A stretch of DNA of 64,000 nt, taken from a virus. The notes under the pieces are model-generated. The model did no database searches. It was given only the letters and a program-made list of their open reading frames with translations, and was not told where the DNA came from. The DNA is taken from the IMG/VR virus record IMGVR_UViG_3300043436_001797, positions 17,818 to 81,817 of that record; one strand, given 5' to 3'. Numbering within the stretch: position 1 is the stretch's first letter; the number at the start of each line of letters is the position of its first letter. The translations under genes were made by a program, and so were the position numbers. Below, piece after piece: positions 57,312-64,000 of the stretch.

Positions 57312-60300
57312 GAATTTGTAATATAACTAGCAACCAGCAAGAGATACTACTTAAAATTATTGCGAAGAGACTTATAGATCTTGATGCTAAAAAACAACCT
57401 TTTGTTCTTAAGGACTACATGACTTCTTTGTACAAATACCTTGATACTAAGGTAGGTGACAAAGATATGCTGATTGGTTATACGGCTTTTTCTCCGACAC
57501 TGTTGTATCAACTGGTTACCCAAAAACAATATGAATCTATTCTAGGTCCGTCTGCTGCTGAGATCTTTGATCTAAAGAAAACTTTTGCGTCTAGTCCGTC
57601 TAAAGTATTTGAATACTTTGGATTAAGCTTATCTCCGCAACAGTATATAACTCAACAACTTAGGGACAATGAGATAATCAAACAGCAAGAAGCTTTAGAG
57701 GAAGCTCGTATGAAAGAGCTTACCGCGTTGTCTCTTGTATATAGATTCTCTGCTCGTCCTGATACACTGAATAGTACTACACTGGGTAATGACCCTGATG
57801 CTACCACTCCTGGTAATGCTTTTGTAGTTTCTGTTCTGAATGATTACATTTCTAGATATGGTGACTCAGGTATCGATGAGATATCTGATAGATATGCTCT
57901 TGTTCTAGTAAATGCTAAAGATTATCTGCGACCTCAAGATACTGTAGATGATTCTCTCAGAACCGGTCCAATTCTTATGGTCAGTGACCCAAAGGGTAAC
58001 ATACTGTATTTCAATCAAGAGAAGTTATTGGGTGAAGGTGTTATCGAAGAAGTATCTGCTAGTCAAGGTAGTCCTATAGTGTTTAGACAAAGAAGAAGTC
58101 TAGATAAAATTCAGTCGCCGGAAGAGATCGCTAAGTCTGCTAGTATAACCACTGTAGAAGCAAAAGCTATTATAGAAAGTCAGCTTGAAGAAGTTAATAA
58201 AAAGATTTACCATGTTTTAAGTAACAAGGATGCTAAGATTCTTCATAGAATTAAATGGGGAAGCACCGGTACTCTTATTAAAGATAACGCCAATAGAAAA
58301 CCTTTAAAGAACAGTAAGCTAAACCCTGATGTATTCAGAATACTACCAGTTCTTTCTGAGGACAAGAAGAAGCCTACTATCCATTTACAGAGCTCTCACT
58401 TTGATGAGATTATTCCTATAAGGGGTAACTACATCAATAATCCTAACAAACCCGACATAAATATTGACCCGGGTTTGAGAGACGCTATACTACAAGTTCT
58501 TCTTGGTAATAACCTTACAATAGAAGGTGCGACACTAGATGGTAGCAATCCTTCAGCTATTGCATTTAGATCTAGATTTATAAACACTTATCTGGGTAAT
58601 AATTATAATATTATAATTAAAGAAGATACCGGTGAATTATATATTACTAGACTAATTAACGATAAAAAGACAACGTTTAAGATAACTAGATATAATCCTT
58701 CTACAAAACAGTTTGAGTTTATAGGAGCTGCGTATAACAATAACAGTCTTCTATCTGATATATCTACATTTACTGTAAATGATAAAGAGGCGTTCCAGTC
58801 TCTTAACATTTTGGTTGACACTGAGAATACAAAACCTGTAGGTTATACTAGAAATTCTAAGGGTGTCGTGAATCTAAAAGAGCTTACTAATAGAGAATAC
58901 AAAACTCTTCTTATAAACAACGGTAATACTAGCGTACAGTATAATGACGAGACAGGGGAGTATGAAAGAATGCACCCCTATTTTAAGTTTGCAGTAGATG
59001 CAGAAGATGTAACTAAGTTTTCTGATCAAGAGGTTGCTGCTGTTCTAGATGTAGAAGCTCCGTCGATTGAGATGATCTATGGAGAAGATGTAGAAGATGA
59101 GCAGATAGAAGATATCCAGTTCCCGGATATAGATTCTTTCGATAAATTGCTTGGTCAGAAAGTAGCTCAAGCAACACCGGAGCAGATTAAAGCTGCTTAC
59201 GATTGGTGGAAGAATCATCCAATGAGCTCAAAGATTCCTTTTAAAGCGGTCTTTGAGATATTTAATCCAAACAATGGTCAGTCAATTGCTACATTTAATA
59301 AGTACGGTATTACGCTTTACAAAGGATCTGACTATTCAGATCTTTACCATGAAGCGTTTCACGCGTTTACTCAGATATTCCTAACGGATAATCAGAGACA
59401 AGATCTTTACAAGAGTGTAAGAAGTCTCAAAGGTTCTACTACAGATTACTTAGGTAACAAGGTAGCCTTTGAGGACATGGATAAAACGCAAGCTGAAGAA
59501 TTCCTTGCTGAGAAGTTTAGAGAGTATATGCTCTCCGACGGTAAGAAGTTTGGAGACAATACTCCTACTAAAGCTAAGTCAATCTTTAAGCTCATGTTCG
59601 ACATACTTAAAGACATCTTTGGTTTTGGTAACATGGACATAGAAGATGCTCTTGATAATTATCAAGCAAATGCTCTGATCAACGAGTACTTCTTTAATCT
59701 TAGAAAGGGTAACTTCTCTGATATAAATGCGGATCTATCTGAAGCTGAGGAGTTTAACAAACTTAGAGCAGTATCCGAAGACCAACAAGAGAAGGTAGAT
59801 AAGCTAAGCTATTCAGACTTGAAACTTTTGGTAGATACCATGAACAGCATGATGTCTACTATTATCAATAATAAAGATGCTACCGGGACAGACCTGCGTT
59901 ACAGCAGCATTGTAACCGATGTAAATAAAAGAGTAGAGCTGTACAACGAAGTCCTTGTAAAACTTGTAGAGAAAGCAAAAAGCATAGGTGAGCAGATTGA
60001 AGCAATAACAGACAAGACTGATATCAATAGAAAGAAGCTTATAAAGCTTTACAACATTCTTGCTATAGGTATAAATAACTACTCACCATCCCTAAAACAA
60101 AATAACAAGGTCACAGTATCTGATGTACTGAACGGAGCAAATGCTGAGTCTACCGGTCTTATTGCATACCACATTGCTAAGTCTAAAGACTTTTTGGTAA
60201 TTGATGATACATATAATGCTGAGGATGCATCTTCTACCGGAAAAGAGTATGTAAAGAATTCAGGAAATGAAATGTCAGCAAAAGACTTAGCGTCTGCAGA

Positions 60301-63300
60301 TATTCACTTCTTAGTAAATAGTATCCAAACAACTACCCCAAATGCTTTAGGAGAACCTAAGTTAGAGGATTCTACATTTGTTTGGAACCTATTGACCCGT
60401 TTAGGTAAGGGTGTAAAGAACGCCGATGAGTATTACCAAAAGCTCCAAAACTTTTTAGCTGTTACAGATACTCGTACTAGAAACCACAACGTAGTAAAAC
60501 AGATTGTAAGTAAGCTTGGTAACCCTAAGATTACTATGACTGACGGTAAGTTTGAAGATTATATACCACAACAGAATCTGTGGACTAATCTAATAAACAT
60601 CTTTACTCTACCTAGAATCAAACTGGTTCAGCTTAACTTATCTACGTCTGTTGATGATAATGGTGAGAGACAAGTTAGAATTCTTCCTGGTGTATCTAAG
60701 TCAGAAACGGATCCAATTAAGAGAGCATATGATAACACATTTGCTAAAAAGAGATCTAAGTATATAAATAGATATAAAGGTCAAGGTTTAGGTATGAGAG
60801 ATTCTCAAACCGGTTACTACCTTAATCTAGTAAAAGTCATTGAAGACTTTCCTGTTGTTAATGATGCTGCTGCTAAGATTAAGTTCTTAAAAGCTATAGG
60901 TATAGATATTACCGCAAACGATGCAATGGTTAAAAACTTTGCAGCTAGACCTAAGAATCTAGGTGCTTTTGCAACGTTGATGCATCAGAAAATAAAGAAC
61001 ATCTTAGAGCTAAATTATAGTCTTAAAAATCAGAATGCGCCGCAGATCTATATAACAACACCATCACAACTGGTTGAGTTAAATGTTCCCGGTACTGATC
61101 ATATAAGAAATCAGTCTACGCTTTATAGAAGTTTGCTCGAGACAGAACTAGAAACATCTGGTAAGTATACTGTGGGTATGGTTTCTAATGCTAACGGAGA
61201 TCCACAGTACGAGATATCTTTAAAGAGCACTATTAGTGAAAAGATTGCAATGTTCAACGGAGCAAAGAGTTACGCTGAGCTTATTGCTATTCCTGAGATG
61301 TCTTACATGGATGTTCGTAGAAATCCTTTTATAAAAAGTCTGCGGATAATGACCGAGACATTTGGTGAGGATTTTTGGAAACCTGGAAAAGGTGCTAGAC
61401 AATCAAAGTCTTTGTCAGTATCCGGAATAGAAAGATCTAATAGTATAGAGCTTTTAAATTCTGCAGGTGTTGCTGTAATAGAAAACGATATAAATCAGTT
61501 TGGTGTGTCGTCTTATCAAGCAGATGATACTACTCAGATTCTTCAGAACCTATTTACTTACATGTTGTACGGTGTATCTGAAGCAACACGCCACTCAGAT
61601 AAATCAACAACGCTGTATTACAGAACCCCTGTAAAAGGACAGTATGTAAGCTTTAACTCTTTCTTTGAAGATAAAGCTATACGTAATACAAAGATTGTTA
61701 GGTTGATGACTGGGTACCTCTACTCTGAGGTTTCCAGAATGGTAAGACTTGCTAATGACGATGACGCAGCAAATGTTACCGTTGGAGATAGCACGTATAA
61801 AGAAGTAGCATCTACCATTAAAAACTTTGAGGGTATCTTAGGAGAAGAAACCAGAAAGTCTATTGAGAAGTGGGTTAACGACTATAAGATTCTTGAAGGT
61901 AATACAGACAACATAGAAGAAGACTTTAAGCTACAGTGGATGAGTAAGAACTACTCTACAGTGTATGGTGAAATTGTAAATTACTTCGAGTCACAAATTG
62001 CTGAAGCTATTTCTGATATTACAAGCACCGGTATTCTAAATAAGAACAATCCGGCGTCTGCACAGATATGGGAGAATATTAAAAATAGTGTAGGAGTATC
62101 TCAGCAAGCTGATCCTAACTTTGATGACAATATCATTGCAGCTTATGTGGTTAACTCTTGGATGCATTCTTATGAAGCTACCATCATGTTTTACGGTGAC
62201 CCAGCTTTGTATAACCATCTAAAAGAAGACTTCCATAAGAGAAACCCGTTCATTGCTGCTACAGGTACCTTACCTAGAACCGATGCGTCGTTCATAGACT
62301 TTGTTTCTTTCTATAAGAGACAAGACAGATATGCATCTTCAAAATACTTTACAGGTACTCTTAGTGATAGAGCTAAGAATAAAACCTGGGGTAGGACTAT
62401 GGATTCTGCAGTTCTGGAAGACACTGCATATAATTCTGCAAACTATGGGATATATGTAGAGATTGCAGTAGAGAAAGAAAGAGCTAGACTTAAGAAACTA
62501 AATAAGGAACTTACAGCAGAACAAGAAGCTGATATTCGTAAGGAGTTTAAAGAGTATGCTGGTTCTAAAATTGGTGACGGTCAAGGTTGGATTAGTTTTG
62601 ATAGCTACAGGGATCTAATGCTATCAATGAGAAAGTGGAGTCCTTCACAAGAGAAATTGTACTGGGATATTATCAAAGGTAAAGACATCAGTGCTTTACA
62701 AGTAGCTCAGTTCTTCCCTGTTTTAAAAATGCAATATGGTGGTGAGCTTGCTACTAAAGGTTTACCTGTGCAGGGATACCACAAGTTCTCTTTGGCACCT
62801 CTTATTCCGAATGTAGTTCAAGGAACAAAACTTGAGATCCTACATAACAAGATGACAGAACAGGGTATTGACTATGCTTTGTTCCAAAGTGGTTCAAAGA
62901 TTAATACCATTACTAAAAACGGTACTGCAGATAAATTCTATGTAGATAAAGAGAATCTAGGTGATGTAGCTTTTGCTGATCCCGATTACCAGTTTACACT
63001 TAATACTATCTATACAAACTTCTTTAAACTTCAGGTTGAAACACCAGATAGTTACAAGGGTAAAGTCGTATTCTCTACACAGCTTCGTAAAATAATTGAA
63101 GAAGGTTTATATGAAGAAGGTCGTCCTAGAAGTTTTGATGGCACTAAAGAACAGTTTGAGGCTTTACCTGAGACTGAAAAGATTAAGTATAAGGAGTACG
63201 CTAAACTTACTAACTATGAGAGATTAGTTAGCACTCTTACTGAAATGAAGTATAAAGAGCTTCAGAAAGATGCCGGTCTTACTTTCGAGGATGGTAGGTT

Positions 63301-64000
63301 TGTATTGTCAGAAAAACTGATAACGTATCTGAATAAGCAGCTTACCGTACAAGACGTAGCTGAACACGAGATAGACTTTATCAAGTATGACACAAGAGCT
63401 AAAAGACTTGTGTTTGATTTGAGTATTCACCCTTCTGCAGCTATGTTGGATAAACTGCTTTCTGCACTTATCTACAAGAAGATTATCAATCAGAAGGTTA
63501 AAGGTGAGGCACTTATCCAAGTATCTGGTGCAGGTTTTGAACCAGCGGGAATAAGAAAAGCTACAGATGAAGAAAACAAGCTTTATGGTAATGGTACCCT
63601 TCCTTTCTATAAATATGACAGGAATGGAACCAAAGCTATGAAAGTAAAGATTGCTCTACAGGGTGACTTCAAAAAACTATTGGAACATGAGCATAAAGAC
63701 GGTAATAAGATTGAAACCTTAGAACGTCTTAATGAAATGCTTAAGGATGAGAAGTGGTTGAGTACCGGTAATAATCGTAAGATGGTTACCATAGCCGGTG
63801 TTCGTATTCCTGTGCAAGGTCTTAACTCCGTAGAATTTATGGAAGTGTATGAATTCTTACCAGAGAATGCTGGTAATATGATTATCCTTCCTGCAGATAT
63901 TGTAGCTAAGTCAGGATCAGACTTTGACATTGATAAACTGTCTTTGATGTTCCCTAACCTAAAAGTAATAGGTAAGAGTGTAAAACTTTTGACTCATGAT
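57308..64000 (+). CDS. Virion-packaged two-barrel RNA polymerase (crAss type), 3' end outside window, with zincin-like domain
   Basis: ATG 57308 overlaps the previous stop (ATGA). The same frame carries LYHEAFH (59342) + EEFLAEKF, GDGQGW (about 62574), RIPVQG (about 63803) and GSDFDIDKL (63914-63940). DFDID is the catalytic motif of crAss-like RNAPs such as phi14:2 gp66. No + strand ORF is called in the track, consistent with no stop before the window end. Confidence 0.92.
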   Translation, partial: MRICNITSNQQEILLKIIAKRLIDLDAKKQPFVLKDYMTSLYKYLDTKVGDKDMLIGYTAFSPTLLYQLVTQKQYESILGPSAAEIFDLKKTFASSPSKVFEYFGLSLSPQQYITQQLRDNEIIKQQEALEEARMKELTALSLVYRFSARPDTLNSTTLGNDPDATTPGNAFVVSVLNDYISRYGDSGIDEISDRYALVLVNAKDYLRPQDTVDDSLRTGPILMVSDPKGNILYFNQEKLLGEGVIEEVSASQGSPIVFRQRRSLDKIQSPEEIAKSASITTVEAKAIIESQLEEVNKKIYHVLSNKDAKILHRIKWGSTGTLIKDNANRKPLKNSKLNPDVFRILPVLSEDKKKPTIHLQSSHFDEIIPIRGNYINNPNKPDINIDPGLRDAILQVLLGNNLTIEGATLDGSNPSAIAFRSRFINTYLGNNYNIIIKEDTGELYITRLINDKKTTFKITRYNPSTKQFEFIGAAYNNNSLLSDISTFTVNDKEAFQSLNILVDTENTKPVGYTRNSKGVVNLKELTNREYKTLLINNGNTSVQYNDETGEYERMHPYFKFAVDAEDVTKFSDQEVAAVLDVEAPSIEMIYGEDVEDEQIEDIQFPDIDSFDKLLGQKVAQATPEQIKAAYDWWKNHPMSSKIPFKAVFEIFNPNNGQSIATFNKYGITLYKGSDYSDLYHEAFHAFTQIFLTDNQRQDLYKSVRSLKGSTTDYLGNKVAFEDMDKTQAEEFLAEKFREYMLSDGKKFGDNTPTKAKSIFKLMFDILKDIFGFGNMDIEDALDNYQANALINEYFFNLRKGNFSDINADLSEAEEFNKLRAVSEDQQEKVDKLSYSDLKLLVDTMNSMMSTIINNKDATGTDLRYSSIVTDVNKRVELYNEVLVKLVEKAKSIGEQIEAITDKTDINRKKLIKLYNILAIGINNYSPSLKQNNKVTVSDVLNGANAESTGLIAYHIAKSKDFLVIDDTYNAEDASSTGKEYVKNSGNEMSAKDLASADIHFLVNSIQTTTPNALGEPKLEDSTFVWNLLTRLGKGVKNADEYYQKLQNFLAVTDTRTRNHNVVKQIVSKLGNPKITMTDGKFEDYIPQQNLWTNLINIFTLPRIKLVQLNLSTSVDDNGERQVRILPGVSKSETDPIKRAYDNTFAKKRSKYINRYKGQGLGMRDSQTGYYLNLVKVIEDFPVVNDAAAKIKFLKAIGIDITANDAMVKNFAARPKNLGAFATLMHQKIKNILELNYSLKNQNAPQIYITTPSQLVELNVPGTDHIRNQSTLYRSLLETELETSGKYTVGMVSNANGDPQYEISLKSTISEKIAMFNGAKSYAELIAIPEMSYMDVRRNPFIKSLRIMTETFGEDFWKPGKGARQSKSLSVSGIERSNSIELLNSAGVAVIENDINQFGVSSYQADDTTQILQNLFTYMLYGVSEATRHSDKSTTLYYRTPVKGQYVSFNSFFEDKAIRNTKIVRLMTGYLYSEVSRMVRLANDDDAANVTVGDSTYKEVASTIKNFEGILGEETRKSIEKWVNDYKILEGNTDNIEEDFKLQWMSKNYSTVYGEIVNYFESQIAEAISDITSTGILNKNNPASAQIWENIKNSVGVSQQADPNFDDNIIAAYVVNSWMHSYEATIMFYGDPALYNHLKEDFHKRNPFIAATGTLPRTDASFIDFVSFYKRQDRYASSKYFTGTLSDRAKNKTWGRTMDSAVLEDTAYNSANYGIYVEIAVEKERARLKKLNKELTAEQEADIRKEFKEYAGSKIGDGQGWISFDSYRDLMLSMRKWSPSQEKLYWDIIKGKDISALQVAQFFPVLKMQYGGELATKGLPVQGYHKFSLAPLIPNVVQGTKLEILHNKMTEQGIDYALFQSGSKINTITKNGTADKFYVDKENLGDVAFADPDYQFTLNTIYTNFFKLQVETPDSYKGKVVFSTQLRKIIEEGLYEEGRPRSFDGTKEQFEALPETEKIKYKEYAKLTNYERLVSTLTEMKYKELQKDAGLTFEDGRFVLSEKLITYLNKQLTVQDVAEHEIDFIKYDTRAKRLVFDLSIHPSAAMLDKLLSALIYKKIINQKVKGEALIQVSGAGFEPAGIRKATDEENKLYGNGTLPFYKYDRNGTKAMKVKIALQGDFKKLLEHEHKDGNKIETLERLNEMLKDEKWLSTGNNRKMVTIAGVRIPVQGLNSVEFMEVYEFLPENAGNMIILPADIVAKSGSDFDIDKLSLMFPNLKVIGKSVKLLTHD

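Noticed and set aside
2851-63930. Numerous minus-strand and nested short ORFs in the track
   Set aside because: All lie within long + strand genes with recognisable motifs and show no domain signatures; treated as shadow ORFs.
1-64000. Stop-codon reassignment (TAG or TGA), known in some Crassvirales
   Set aside because: Genes are full length under the standard code; TAG (4947, 18744) and TGA (28720, 36284, 57311) end genes at sensible boundaries.
1-64000. tRNA or rRNA genes
   Set aside because: Intergenic gaps are short (about 120 nt at most) and no cloverleaf or T-loop signature was seen in them.

Overview
This window is the virion-morphogenesis arm of a crAss-like (Crassvirales-type) dsDNA phage, probably infecting a Bacteroidota host. 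It uses the standard genetic code, all credible genes are on the + strand, and many are coupled by TAATG/ATGA overlaps. Gene order: terminase large subunit (5' truncated), portal, scaffold-like protein, major capsid protein, a cluster of about 11 tiny, mostly Lys-rich proteins, ring protein, Dps-like protein, auxiliary capsid-like protein, Cys-rich fibre/adhesin genes (Asp-box + vWA, FN3, Fib_succ_major + Ig-like repeats), IHF-like protein, tail rings, muzzle, several large virion cargo proteins, and a >2200-aa virion RNA polymerase (HExxH and DFDID motifs) that the ORF track misses because it runs off the window. Three observations stand out. (1) A 2311-aa cargo polyprotein is built from unrelated effector-like modules (lysozyme-like, ART-like, kinase-like, DUF6973-like) separated by six copies of a GGWLDKYQ-type linker. 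(2) The same xxGG / L-x-KYQ signal recurs in neighbouring cargo proteins and in the tiny basic proteins, suggesting a shared packaging or processing signal. (3) An intergenic hairpin at 28729-28758 is perfectly complementary (13-14 nt) to the translation-start leaders of two head-module genes, a candidate antisense RNA. All family assignments come from motif recognition and synteny by eye; no searches were run.
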